Assembly (NCBI GenBank): GCA_038727515.1
Contig: JAVYVS010000001.1
Coordinates: 448,001 to 512,000 of the forward strand
Direction of reading: 5' to 3'
DNA length: 64,000 nucleotides
DNA from: Candidatus Methanomethylicia archaeon
GTDB taxonomy: Archaea > Thermoproteota > Methanomethylicia > Culexarchaeales > Culexarchaeaceae
The position numbers and the translations under genes are program-made. Under the pieces are notes generated by a model. That model was not told the origin of the DNA, ran no database searches, and worked only from the letters and a program-made list of their open reading frames with translations. Every line of letters starts with the position of its first letter. The stretch's first letter is position 1. This document shows positions 20,849 to 30,890 of this stretch, piece after piece.

Positions 20849-21796
20849 CTATCCAGTTATCCTCCAATAATCCTTTATTCTATCCTTTTCAACATCTACA
20901 ATATATAGTCTCAAAGTACCCTCCATATATCCAGAACCTGGATTTACACATAGAGTTTTACCAATTTTCCTAGCAGCAGAAGATTCATGTATGTGACCAT
21001 GTAAACCAAGTTTTGGTTGATATTTCTCAATAAATGTTCTAACAGCTTTACTTCCCACTGGAATAATACTTAAACCTTTAATTCCATGTTTAGGTCTAAG
21101 ATCCTTATCCAATTCTGGGGCATTATCTAAACCACTATTATATGGTGGAGCATGGAAATTACATATTAAATGATTCATATCCACAGAAACCTTATCTAAT
21201 TTACTTTCCAATAATTTTAACAATTCATCTTCAGGTAATTCTCTAGGGGTCTTCCATGGAGTTGGATTAACATATTCACAACTTATCAATTCATGATGAT
21301 CATCTAAACTAACAACTTTATCCAATGGATATATTACCCTATCACTCTTCTTTATTATTTCATCTACAACAGGTGAATCATCATTACCTGGATTCATAAT
21401 TATTTTAATATCCTTCGGGACATTTTCATCAGCCATCCTAATCCACCTTTCCAAAGTCTCCCTCATCTGTTCCTCCATAATTCTATCTCTCTCATCATGT
21501 GTAAGAGTTTTCCACTCATCATCAGTAGTTATATAAGGATAACCACCACTAAACCTTATGGTATTAAATAAATCGTTAAGCTCCTTTTCACTCTTTATAT
21601 GGTAATCAACATTAAAATGACAAATATAACTTCCATCACTCTGCTTAAATATTGGCACAAGCATTTTACCAGTTAAATCCCCACCCATTATCAATACATT
21701 TATTCCCTTAACATACTTATGAACATTAATAAACTTCCTCCATGTTGTTTCATTACCATGAACATCAGCAGCAAAAGCGATCCTCATAAATTTCAC
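20849..21796 (-). CDS. Icc-related calcineurin-like metallophosphoesterase
   Basis: DVHG, GGDLTGK, PGNDD, HAPP, GLHGHIHES and NPGS motifs. Confidence 0.9.
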   Translation of the reverse strand: MKFMRIAFAADVHGNETTWRKFINVHKYVKGINVLIMGGDLTGKMLVPIFKQSDGSYICHFNVDYHIKSEKELNDLFNTIRFSGGYPYITTDDEWKTLTHDERDRIMEEQMRETLERWIRMADENVPKDIKIIMNPGNDDSPVVDEIIKKSDRVIYPLDKVVSLDDHHELISCEYVNPTPWKTPRELPEDELLKLLESKLDKVSVDMNHLICNFHAPPYNSGLDNAPELDKDLRPKHGIKGLSIIPVGSKAVRTFIEKYQPKLGLHGHIHESSAARKIGKTLCVNPGSGYMEGTLRLYIVDVEKDRIKDYWRITG

Positions 21797-21880
21797 AAGT
21801 ACAATTTAAATATAATAAATATAAAAAGTTTAAGTTTACAAAATTATGGATTAACATATCATTTCGTAAGTTTATATAAA

Positions 21881-21916
21881 ATTATATATAAAATTATAGC
21901 AAATTTTATATATAAT
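21881..21916. promoter_or_regulatory. 15-bp perfect inverted repeat in a divergent promoter region
   Basis: attatatataaaatt (21881-21895), atagca spacer, aattttatatataat (21902-21916); A/T-only arms. Confidence 0.45.
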
Positions 21917-21949
21917 AAAATAAAGGTTATGAATTGAGGAGGTAATTAA

Positions 21950-23536
21950 ATGGGAGAAATTATTAGAGAAACAGTATATGTTAGAAGAGCTTCAGGCCTC
22001 GTTAGAGAACTTGGAATGTTGGAATCATTATCAGTTGCATTATCTGGAGCTATTGGTGCAGGAATAAATGTACTTGTACTACAAGGAGCAAACTTATATC
22101 CAGGGGCAAATGTCCCGTTGGGATATGTTTTAGTTGGTATAATGACGATACCATTAAGCTTTGTAATAGCCCACATAGCTGGAGACCTCCCAAGAAGCTC
22201 AGCACTTTACGTATTTGTATCAAGAACTCTACATCCATTATTAGGATTCTTAGGGGCTTGGGGGGTTATAGTAAGTTCAGCATTTGTAATTGGAACGTTA
22301 AGTAGAAGTTTTGCTGTAAATCTTGGTCCATTCCTAGTATTAGCTGGTAGAGCAGCTAAATCGGATAGTTTAATAGGTGCTGGGCAATTTCTAATGACAG
22401 ATGCAGGTATACTGTTAACATCGTTTATAATGATCGTAGCATTCCTACTGATATTTACTTTTGGAGCTAGAGTTTATGGTAAATTCATGGATATAATATT
22501 CATAATACCATTAATTGGATTTGCAATTAGTTTAATATTGTTTGCAACAACACCCTCTGGAAGTATAAGAGCATTATATGATGCTACCTGGGGTTCTGGA
22601 GCATATGATGAAATCGTTCGTTTAGGAACAAAATATGGATATACTCCAGAAGCATTTGCATTCAGTTGGGGTGCTACATTCTCCATAATGAGCGCAGCTG
22701 TATTCGCATATCAAGGTTTTGAGAGAGCAGCATATGTAGCTGGAGAAGTGAAAAGCCCAAAGAAGACAATAATGTACAGCATGTTCGGTGGAACCATACT
22801 ACTATTCATATTATACTCATTAACTGCAATTTTAAGTTGGGGACTTTATGGAGATTGGATAATAATGTATAATATAGCTATTACAAAGGGTGTTAAGGAA
22901 TTATTAATAAATCCGCCAGCTAGATCTCCATTTGTAGCACATTTAGCAGCTTCACTAATACCAGCCATACCAGCTCTACAGATATTTCTATATATTGCAG
23001 GATTACTATGGTTATTCAATACTCCACCCACAAGATTCCTAGTGGCTTCAAGAACAATGTTTGCAATGTCCTTTGATAGATTCCTACCAGAAAAAGTAGC
23101 ATATGTACATCCAAAAACTGGCAGCCCACTTGTAGCTGATTTCATAACATTCATTCTTGGAGTTGTAGGTATAATATTTGCCCATTACTTGGGTATTTAT
23201 GCAGCTGCAATAAGTGCAACGCTCTTTGATCAATTCCTACTATTGCTAGTGATGATAGGAGCCATCGTATATCCATTTGTGAAGGAAGAAGCTTGGAAAG
23301 CAGGATATAGATATGAATATAAAGGATTTCCAGTAATAACCATTGTTGGAGTAGTCACAGTCGCCATACAATTTATAATCTACTATCTATGTGTTTCAAC
23401 AACTGCAAGAGAAGCATTAACCTTCGGAGCAATATGGTATGCTCTAGGAGTAATAGTATTCGTGTATTACTACTGGAAGAATAAACAAAGGGGTATTGAT
23501 CCAAACTTAATATTTGGAGAAATCCCACCAACATAA
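21950..23536 (+). CDS. APC superfamily amino acid/polyamine permease
   Basis: YVRRASGLVRE N-terminus, AGEVKSPKK, SRTMFAMSFDRFLP, C-terminal FGEIPP; GGAGGT RBS. Confidence 0.92.
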   Translation: MGEIIRETVYVRRASGLVRELGMLESLSVALSGAIGAGINVLVLQGANLYPGANVPLGYVLVGIMTIPLSFVIAHIAGDLPRSSALYVFVSRTLHPLLGFLGAWGVIVSSAFVIGTLSRSFAVNLGPFLVLAGRAAKSDSLIGAGQFLMTDAGILLTSFIMIVAFLLIFTFGARVYGKFMDIIFIIPLIGFAISLILFATTPSGSIRALYDATWGSGAYDEIVRLGTKYGYTPEAFAFSWGATFSIMSAAVFAYQGFERAAYVAGEVKSPKKTIMYSMFGGTILLFILYSLTAILSWGLYGDWIIMYNIAITKGVKELLINPPARSPFVAHLAASLIPAIPALQIFLYIAGLLWLFNTPPTRFLVASRTMFAMSFDRFLPEKVAYVHPKTGSPLVADFITFILGVVGIIFAHYLGIYAAAISATLFDQFLLLLVMIGAIVYPFVKEEAWKAGYRYEYKGFPVITIVGVVTVAIQFIIYYLCVSTTAREALTFGAIWYALGVIVFVYYYWKNKQRGIDPNLIFGEIPPT

Positions 23537-23619
23537 ACATAAATACATTTTTTATAATGTGAAATCATGATTAGTGTTAAGTATAAGTCTATGTATATAA
23601 TTTGTTGAGGTAGATAAAT

Positions 23620-24486
23620 TTGGGTTTAACAAAAATTAAATTGCCAACAGAAATACCGCTTGAAATATATCCAAAACCCATGGAATTTGTAGAAGAAGCA
23701 AAATCCATAGTTGAAGAAGCAGAGAAAAGAGGTATTATAATGAGGGTTATGGGTGGATTAGCAATATACCTTTTGATAAGTGGAACTATATATGAAGAAT
23801 TATGGGGTAAAATGGAGAGACTTGGAGAAAGAGTTTTCACAGATATAGATTTAGCAGCATATGGTAGAGATAGAGATAAAATATTGAGATACTTTATGGA
23901 GAGGGAGAAAGGGGTATATATTATCTGGCAACCATCATTAGCATTTTACGCTGGTAAGAGGTATATCTTCTATGGTTCACCGGAAAAACAAGAATATAAA
24001 GGTAAAATTGTTGGTAGAATACCAATGATAGAAGTATTCTTTGATAAGCTTCAAATGAATCATGAAGTACCATTTAAAGGTAGATTGGAAAAGGGGAAAT
24101 ATACACTTCCACCCACAGAACTCCTATTAACAAAATTACAAATAGTTAAGATAAATGAGAAGGATATTAAAGATAGCATAATACTGTTATCAGCATTCGA
24201 CGTATTAAACTCAGATAACGAAATAAATGGTGATTATATAGCTAAATTATTGAGTAATGATTGGGGATTCTACTATACATTTACAACAAATCTAAATAAG
24301 GTTAAGGAAGCTGTAATGAATAAATACAATGATAGAATTAATGAAGAACTCAGAATTAAAATTACTGAGAGAATTGAAAAATTAATTAAAAGGATAGAAG
24401 AAGAACCTAAAAGCATGAGTTGGAAGATGAGAGCAAAAATAGGAACTAGTAAGAAGTGGTATAATGAAGTGGAAGAATGGAGTTAA
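23620..24486 (+). CDS. Uncharacterised nucleotidyltransferase-fold protein
   Basis: RVMGGLAI...FTDIDLA (GG...DxD), LLLTKLQIV, KDIKD, DWGFYYT and W-x-x-RAKIG-x-x-x-x-WY motifs. Confidence 0.7.
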   Translation: MGLTKIKLPTEIPLEIYPKPMEFVEEAKSIVEEAEKRGIIMRVMGGLAIYLLISGTIYEELWGKMERLGERVFTDIDLAAYGRDRDKILRYFMEREKGVYIIWQPSLAFYAGKRYIFYGSPEKQEYKGKIVGRIPMIEVFFDKLQMNHEVPFKGRLEKGKYTLPPTELLLTKLQIVKINEKDIKDSIILLSAFDVLNSDNEINGDYIAKLLSNDWGFYYTFTTNLNKVKEAVMNKYNDRINEELRIKITERIEKLIKRIEEEPKSMSWKMRAKIGTSKKWYNEVEEWS

Positions 24487-24491
24487 ATTAG

Positions 24492-25370
24492 CTACGTAAA
24501 TATTGACTTAGCTAATTCAACTATTTGCATTGGAGTAGAAGCTACAGGAATATTTGCAGAACTTAAAGCTTTAACTTTAGATTCAGCTGAACCCATACCC
24601 ATCGTTATTATTGCACCTGCATGCCCCATCCTCTTACCTGGAGGAGCAGTTTTACCAGCTATAAAAGCAATAATAGGCTTCTTTAAACCAATAAACTTAA
24701 TGTATGAAGCCAATCTTTCTTCAGCATCACCACCAATTTCACCTACAACAACCACACCTTTAGTTTCATGATCTTCAAAGAACATTTTTACAACTTCAAT
24801 AAAATCTAATCCAACTATAGGGTCACCACCAATACCAATAACAGTGCTTTGACCAAAACCAGCATTACTAAGAGCTTCAGAAATTTCATAGGTTAATGTT
24901 CCACTTCTAGATACAATACCAATACTCCCAGGTTTAAAGGATCTCTCCGGCATAATTCCAACTTTAACTCTTTCACCTGGAGAAATAACTCCAGGACAAT
25001 TTGGACCTACAATTATTACATCCTTAAGTTTAGCGTAACGAATCAATTTAAGTTCATCATGAACTGGAATACCCTCAGTTATAATAACTATCTTTCTTAT
25101 ACCAGCATCAATAGCTTCATAAGCAGCATCACAAGCAAAGGGTGCTGGAACAAAGATTATTGAAGCATTAATATTGGGGTGATTATTTAAAGCATCCATA
25201 ACACTATTATATACTGGGACACCTGAAACTTTCATTCCACCTCTACCTGGAGTAACACCAGCAGCAATATTAGTCCCATATTTAAGCATAGCTTCAGTAT
25301 GATAGCTACCCTCTCTACCGGTAATCCCTTGAACTAAGAGTACAGTATTTCTATCAAAGATTATTGGCAT
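24492..25370 (-). CDS. sucD: Succinyl-CoA synthetase alpha subunit
   Basis: [31 protein letters not shown] and MGHAGA (phospho-His) motifs. Confidence 0.95.
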   Translation of the reverse strand: MPIIFDRNTVLLVQGITGREGSYHTEAMLKYGTNIAAGVTPGRGGMKVSGVPVYNSVMDALNNHPNINASIIFVPAPFACDAAYEAIDAGIRKIVIITEGIPVHDELKLIRYAKLKDVIIVGPNCPGVISPGERVKVGIMPERSFKPGSIGIVSRSGTLTYEISEALSNAGFGQSTVIGIGGDPIVGLDFIEVVKMFFEDHETKGVVVVGEIGGDAEERLASYIKFIGLKKPIIAFIAGKTAPPGKRMGHAGAIITMGMGSAESKVKALSSANIPVASTPMQIVELAKSIFT

Positions 25371-25372
25371 AA

Positions 25373-26515
25373 TTATACACCTCCATATGCAAGTTTAACA
25401 ACATATTTAGCAGCTTCATCATCATTTACAAAATAATTTATTCCAGCTTCTTCCAAAATCCTTCTACCCTCCTCCTCCCTATTTCCAACTAACCTAACGG
25501 AAATAGGCTTTTTAACACCGGTTTCATTTAAAGCTTCAACAATACCTTTAGCGACATCATCACATCTAGTTATTCCACCATAAACGTTAATAAGAATAGC
25601 TTTAATCCTCTCATCAAGAAGTAGTAATTTTAATGCAGCTTTAACCCTCTCAACCCTTGCACCACCACCAATATCTAGGAAATTAGCAGGTTTACCACCG
25701 AAAAAGGCAACTAAATCCAATGAAGCCATAGTTAAACCTGCACCATTACCAATAATTCCAATATCCCCATCCAACTTAACATAACTAAAACCATACTCTC
25801 TAGCAACAATCTCTTCAGAAGTTAAATCTCTACCACCCATCTTTAAAATTTCAATAAACTGTGGATGTCTATAAAGTGAATTATCATCAATAGTTATCTT
25901 AGAATCTAAAGCTACAAAACCTCTATCAGTTAAAGCCAATGGATTTATCTCCACAAGATCAGCATCATATCGAAGCATAATACCATACAAAGCTCTAATT
26001 ATAGTATCAAGTTGCCTAGATAATTCACCTTCAACACCGAAAGAAGAGATAATAGTTCTAACATGATAATCCCTAAGTCCAATTATTGGATCCACATAAA
26101 CTTTAATTATTGATTCAGGTTTAGTTGCAGCAATTTCCTCAATATCTACACCACCCTCAGAAGAAGCTAAATATACATAGCTCTTCATAGACCTATCAAT
26201 AGTTAGAGATAAATAGAATTCTCTAATTATTTTCACAGCTTCCTCCACTAGAATACATTTAACAGGAACGCCTTTAACACCTTCAGAAAACATTTTTAGA
26301 GAAAAGCTTTTAACTTCATCCAATGAATTAACAATCTTTATTCCACCAGCTTTACCCCTACCACCAACTAAAACTTGAGCTTTCAAAACACATGGAAATC
26401 CAATATCCAAAACCCTTGAAATAATTTCATCAAGATTAAAAGCTGCAAACCCCCTTGGAATTGGAATATTAAACTCTGAGAAGACCCTTTTACCCTCAAA
26501 CTCATACAACCTCAT
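25373..26515 (-). CDS. sucC: Succinyl-CoA synthetase beta subunit
   Basis: [40 protein letters not shown] and GGITRCD motifs. Confidence 0.95.
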   Translation of the reverse strand: MRLYEFEGKRVFSEFNIPIPRGFAAFNLDEIISRVLDIGFPCVLKAQVLVGGRGKAGGIKIVNSLDEVKSFSLKMFSEGVKGVPVKCILVEEAVKIIREFYLSLTIDRSMKSYVYLASSEGGVDIEEIAATKPESIIKVYVDPIIGLRDYHVRTIISSFGVEGELSRQLDTIIRALYGIMLRYDADLVEINPLALTDRGFVALDSKITIDDNSLYRHPQFIEILKMGGRDLTSEEIVAREYGFSYVKLDGDIGIIGNGAGLTMASLDLVAFFGGKPANFLDIGGGARVERVKAALKLLLLDERIKAILINVYGGITRCDDVAKGIVEALNETGVKKPISVRLVGNREEEGRRILEEAGINYFVNDDEAAKYVVKLAYGGV

Positions 26516-26582
26516 ACAAATTCAAAAACTATAAACTATAAACGTATATATATCACTTACCAAAAATGGTTTAGAGATTGAA

Positions 26583-27587
26583 ATGAAAATGAGAGAGTTA
26601 ATCAATAAAATTAGAAGTTCAGCTCAATTAGCTTCAATACTTGAAGTCAGTGGTTGGCCTAAACCTGGAAATGTTCATAGAACTAGAAATCAAATAGATG
26701 CACGCTATGAACACTTCTTAGCGGGAGCAATAGCATTAGCACCATCAATAGAATTAGCAGCATTAAAGGGGATAATGGCAGCAAAGGGGAAAATTGAATT
26801 GCAGGATATAGGGATAGGTAGAATAATAAAAAGGGCGGTTATAGATGTCTCAAAATCACATAGCGATGGAAATACACATTTAGGTATATGCCTACTCTTC
26901 ATTCCATTATCAATAGCATCATCAAAAAGCTATATAGAAGAAGAATGTTTTACACCATCAAAAATAATGCAGAACATTAAATCAATAATTAAATCAACAA
27001 AACCAATAGATACAATTAGAGTTTATGAAGCTATTAAAATGGTTAGTTCAGAAAATGAATTAGGTAGAAAATCAAATGGTAGATCACCAGACATATATGA
27101 TAAAAACTTTAGAAGGAAAATTCAAAAAGAAAATATCACATTATTTGATGCAATGATGGAATCATCAACATATGATACAGTGGCAAAAGAGCTTACCACT
27201 GGAATGGAGATATCCTTTAACATTGGATTTAAAGAATTAATGAAGACATTTGAGGAAACTAGAGATATAAACATATCAATTGTACACACATACCTAACAA
27301 TACTATCAAAATACCCAGATACATTCATAGCAAGGAAAATTGGGTTAAAAAGGGAAAACGACATAAAAAGAGCTGTTGAAATAGGAATAAAAGAAACTAT
27401 TTGGATTTCAAAAGAAGCAGAAGAAATCCTAAAACTAGGTGGATTAAAAACTGAAGAGGGAAGGAAAGCCTTATGGGAATTAGATGAAAAATTGTATAGG
27501 CTAGGTAAAGAATACAATCCAGGAACAACAGCAGATTTAACAGCATCATCAATAATGATATCATTATTAATGGGATTAAAATTCTAA
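26583..27587 (+). CDS. citG: CitG-family triphosphoribosyl-dephospho-CoA synthase-like protein
   Basis: LEVSGWPKPGNVHR, GNTHLG, PDTFIARK and NPGTTADL motifs. Confidence 0.88.
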   Translation: MKMRELINKIRSSAQLASILEVSGWPKPGNVHRTRNQIDARYEHFLAGAIALAPSIELAALKGIMAAKGKIELQDIGIGRIIKRAVIDVSKSHSDGNTHLGICLLFIPLSIASSKSYIEEECFTPSKIMQNIKSIIKSTKPIDTIRVYEAIKMVSSENELGRKSNGRSPDIYDKNFRRKIQKENITLFDAMMESSTYDTVAKELTTGMEISFNIGFKELMKTFEETRDINISIVHTYLTILSKYPDTFIARKIGLKRENDIKRAVEIGIKETIWISKEAEEILKLGGLKTEEGRKALWELDEKLYRLGKEYNPGTTADLTASSIMISLLMGLKF

Positions 27588-27605
27588 AATTCAGAGTGGA
27601 AATTA

Positions 27606-28628
27606 ATGAAGGCACGTGAAGGAGATTTCATAGAAACAATTGAAGGATTAATATTTGATGTAAAAGGACTTATACACCCAAAAGATAGAGTAATAGCATA
27701 CCTCAGATATTTTGAAGATCCATTTGGAAATAGAATTAAAAATGGAAAGAAATATTCAAAGGTATACTCTCTAATGGATAGAGATAATATTCTAAAAAGA
27801 AAATATCCACAGTACATATATTATGATCAAATATTTGGAGAATGGTTGGAGGGAGTTCCAAAGGATAGAATAATAAAACACTATAAACCACAAGAAAAAA
27901 TACAAATACTACAGAAAAAGCATAGATTAGATGAAATCGAAGAAAAAGCTTTGGAATTAGTACAAGTAATACATGATTCCACAAAAATACCCATAGAAAA
28001 ATTTGGTATATCTGGATCAATCTTAATAGACCTTTACACTATCGATTCAGATATAGATGTAATCGTATATGGGAAGAAGAATTGTAAAGCAGTATATGAA
28101 GAATTAAAAGCATTATTAAAAAATGATGAAAGACGATTTTCACCATACAAACTTGAGGATTTAAAGAAATTATATGAATTTAGATCAAAAGATACATATA
28201 TGGACTTTAAAGACTTCTGTAAGATTGAAAGTAGGAAGGTTTCACAAGGGAAATTTATGGGTAAAGATTTCTTCATAAGATTCATATTAGATTGGGATGA
28301 AGTAAATGAAGATTATGGTGATTACATCTATAGAGGATTGGGGAGGATTAGGATTAAAGCTATAGTTGAAGATGATGAATATTCAATATTTACACCATGC
28401 AAATATGTAATATCAAATGTAGAGATTTTAGAGGGGGAGAGGAGTGTTACTCCACCAATAGAGATAGTATCATTTAGAGGTAGATTCTGTGAACAAGCAA
28501 GGAGAGGTGAAGAAATAATAGCTGAAGGAAAAATTGAAAAAGTAATTTCAAAATATGGAGATGAATATAACAGGCTTCTAATAGGCAATAAACCATTAGA
28601 TTTCATGATAGTAAAAAATTTTATTTAA
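27606..28628 (+). CDS. Predicted Pol-beta-family nucleotidyltransferase (COG1665-like)
   Basis: REGDF...FDVKGLIHP...AYLRY N-terminal domain, GISGSIL...SDIDVIVYG, C-terminal OB-like SFRGRFCEQA...GKIE. Confidence 0.8.
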   Translation: MKAREGDFIETIEGLIFDVKGLIHPKDRVIAYLRYFEDPFGNRIKNGKKYSKVYSLMDRDNILKRKYPQYIYYDQIFGEWLEGVPKDRIIKHYKPQEKIQILQKKHRLDEIEEKALELVQVIHDSTKIPIEKFGISGSILIDLYTIDSDIDVIVYGKKNCKAVYEELKALLKNDERRFSPYKLEDLKKLYEFRSKDTYMDFKDFCKIESRKVSQGKFMGKDFFIRFILDWDEVNEDYGDYIYRGLGRIRIKAIVEDDEYSIFTPCKYVISNVEILEGERSVTPPIEIVSFRGRFCEQARRGEEIIAEGKIEKVISKYGDEYNRLLIGNKPLDFMIVKNFI

Positions 28629-28633
28629 TTTAT

Positions 28634-28897
28634 TTAAGTCAATCTCTTCTTAACAGCTCTATCATAAACAATCCAATTTTCATATGCTTTAACATTATTC
28701 TCCTTTAATAACTCAAGAACTCTAGTTCTAAGCTCCTCAGTTTTAACCTCCTCTCTACCAGTAAATTCTCCTTCAATTCTACCAGTCAATTCACGAGCAG
28801 TAGTTAAATCAACTCCAGCCTTCAATAATGAAGTAACCAATTTCTCACGAGCAAATTCCTCTATTCTCCCATCTCTTTTAACAACTTTCAAAACCAT
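28634..28897 (-). CDS. Stand-alone ATP-cone domain protein
   Basis: VVKRDGRIEEFAREKL ATP-cone signature; 87 aa; GGTGA RBS. Confidence 0.88.
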   Translation of the reverse strand: MVLKVVKRDGRIEEFAREKLVTSLLKAGVDLTTARELTGRIEGEFTGREEVKTEELRTRVLELLKENNVKAYENWIVYDRAVKKRLT

Positions 28898-29052
28898 AAA
28901 ATCACCAATAAAAAATACAAATTTAAAACATATAAACTTATATGTACATTAAAAAACAAATTTTACAAATTTAAAATAAGAAAATTACAATAATCGAAAA
29001 TGCTTGAAATAACATTTATTTCCCACAAATAAAATAAATAAATTGAACTCTA

Positions 29053-29646
29053 ATGAAGATTCAAGACATCATTTGGGAGTATTTTAGATGTATATATAAT
29101 CCATGGCTTTCAGATAATTGGTATAGATTTAGTAAATCATTAAGAGAAGATTTACTAATGTTTAGAGATAAACTCTATGGATGTAAAAGTATGGAAGAAT
29201 TAAAGGAAACTATATACACATTAACAAGATTATACATGATATCTCCAAATGAAATAAAGGATCAATTCATGGAAATGCTTAGGAAAACTGAAGAATATTA
29301 TAGGAAAAAGGGTGTAGAAATAGATTTAAATAAACGATTAAAATTACATAAAGTTCAAATAGTAGTTAAAGATGAAGATAGAAGACCATTGAAATCAGTA
29401 CAAATCACAGTTATGTATGATGGAAGAGAAATATGGAAGGGTACCACACAAGAAAATGGTAGAATAACATTAAATTTAAATGAGGGGAAATACACCATCT
29501 TTGCATCAATAAATGAAGAAGAATGGTATGGATTAAACATAGTAGAATTAAATGTACCAATGGAAACAGAAGAGAAAACAATAACTATTAAAAGACATCA
29601 AAAATATGAGACTATAAAAGCCACTATTAAAGAGACAGAATCATAA
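29053..29646 (+). CDS. Hypothetical protein with C-terminal carboxypeptidase-regulatory-like beta-sandwich
   Basis: VKDEDRRPL...V-x-I...GTTQENG...LNEGKYTI pattern; helical N-terminal half; no signal peptide. Confidence 0.6.
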   Translation: MKIQDIIWEYFRCIYNPWLSDNWYRFSKSLREDLLMFRDKLYGCKSMEELKETIYTLTRLYMISPNEIKDQFMEMLRKTEEYYRKKGVEIDLNKRLKLHKVQIVVKDEDRRPLKSVQITVMYDGREIWKGTTQENGRITLNLNEGKYTIFASINEEEWYGLNIVELNVPMETEEKTITIKRHQKYETIKATIKETES

Positions 29647-29850
29647 ATGAGCAACATTTCCATACATCCATTTTTATATTTATAACTAATGAAATCATTA
29701 GGATCAACCTTACATTTTATCAGCTAAATTAAACTCATTATGGGAAGTATAATTATAAAACGGGGAAGACCAGAAGTTCATTAACGAAGACTTAAACCAT
29801 GATCCAAACAGTACACAATATATTGAAAACAAAATCTATTAAATCCATAT

Positions 29851-30411
29851 TCACAATCTCCCTAAGCGGGTAAGTATATCATTTGAAGATGTTATTTCAA
29901 CACCATAAATTTCCTTCATATACTTTAAACCCCAATTATGATCTTCCTCATTAAAAGTTGTAACACAATCTGAGGGTATAATAACCTTATAACCACGATA
30001 AAATGCATCAGCAACAGTATTCATAACACATATATGCGTATGAATACCAGTTACAATTAACGTATCAATTTTAAGTTCTCTTAATAGATCATCTAAACTA
30101 GTACCGTAAAATCCACTATACCTTCTCTTCTCAATAATGAAATCTCTTTCACTAGGTTTTAAATCATCAATAATCATAGCGCCCCAAGAACCTTTAATCG
30201 CATGTGAACCCCACTTTTTAAATTCACCATCAATATTAGGTAGATGAGAGTCATTAACATAAATAACTGGAATGCCATGCTCTCTAGCAGTATCAATTAA
30301 AATTTTAACTCTAGGAATAATCTTTAAAGCATTATCACATTTAAGAGAACCATAAACAAAATCATTTAACATATCAATAACTAGAATAGCTACATGCAAG
30401 GTAAATCCCAA
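29851..30411 (-). CDS. Isochorismatase/nicotinamidase-family cysteine hydrolase
   Basis: VIDMLNDF, DSH, KRRYSGF and GIHTHICV motifs. Confidence 0.92.
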   Translation of the reverse strand: MGFTLHVAILVIDMLNDFVYGSLKCDNALKIIPRVKILIDTAREHGIPVIYVNDSHLPNIDGEFKKWGSHAIKGSWGAMIIDDLKPSERDFIIEKRRYSGFYGTSLDDLLRELKIDTLIVTGIHTHICVMNTVADAFYRGYKVIIPSDCVTTFNEEDHNWGLKYMKEIYGVEITSSNDILTRLGRL

Positions 30412-30446
30412 AATAAAATTGTGAAAAAAGAAGATAAAAATTGCTA

Positions 30447-30890
30447 TTAACCATCTGATTTTCGTTTCGGTATAGCTTCAATACCCTTCTCTCTAATCCT
30501 CTCAATTAAATCAAAAACCTTCGATTTTATTAAATTTCTGATAACTCTGGCTTCCTCAATACTCATTTTTGCTGGATCCGGTAAACCCCATTCCTCAACC
30601 CTATCTACAAATAACAGTGGGCATTCACTACCACTACATACTATCACAGCCATATCAACATCTTCTTGAAGCTCTCTAGTTAAAAGCCTCGGTCTTTTAT
30701 AACTTATATCTATACCCTCTTCAATCATTAACTTTATGGCATCGGGATGTACATTTTCCGCTGGTTTAACACCAGCACTTAAAGCCTTCCAACCCTCAGG
30801 GGCAAATGCATTAAAATATGCTTCAGCTATTTGACTTCTAAAGGTATTTTCTACACATACAAAAAGTATTAAACCCAATTCAACCACCAA
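30447..30890 (-). CDS. Arsenate reductase ArsC / LMW protein-tyrosine phosphatase family
   Basis: CVENTFRSQIAE (CX5R), SAG, CSGSECP and WGLPDP motifs. Confidence 0.88.
   Translation of the reverse strand: MVVELGLILFVCVENTFRSQIAEAYFNAFAPEGWKALSAGVKPAENVHPDAIKLMIEEGIDISYKRPRLLTRELQEDVDMAVIVCSGSECPLLFVDRVEEWGLPDPAKMSIEEARVIRNLIKSKVFDLIERIREKGIEAIPKRKSDG

Noticed and set aside
24492-26515. SucCD as citryl-CoA synthetase because of the neighbouring citG
   Set aside because: The motifs (GNGAGL, GGITRCD, MGHAGA) are those of ordinary succinyl-CoA synthetase, and no citryl-CoA lyase is in the window.
29645-29772. Minus-strand stretch reading ...LI*LIKCKVDPNDFISYKYKNGCMEMLL, reminiscent of the Hsp20 C-terminal VDP...YKNGVLE motif
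   Set aside because: It has in-frame stops and no start or RBS, and the similarity is too short to support a pseudogene call without a search.
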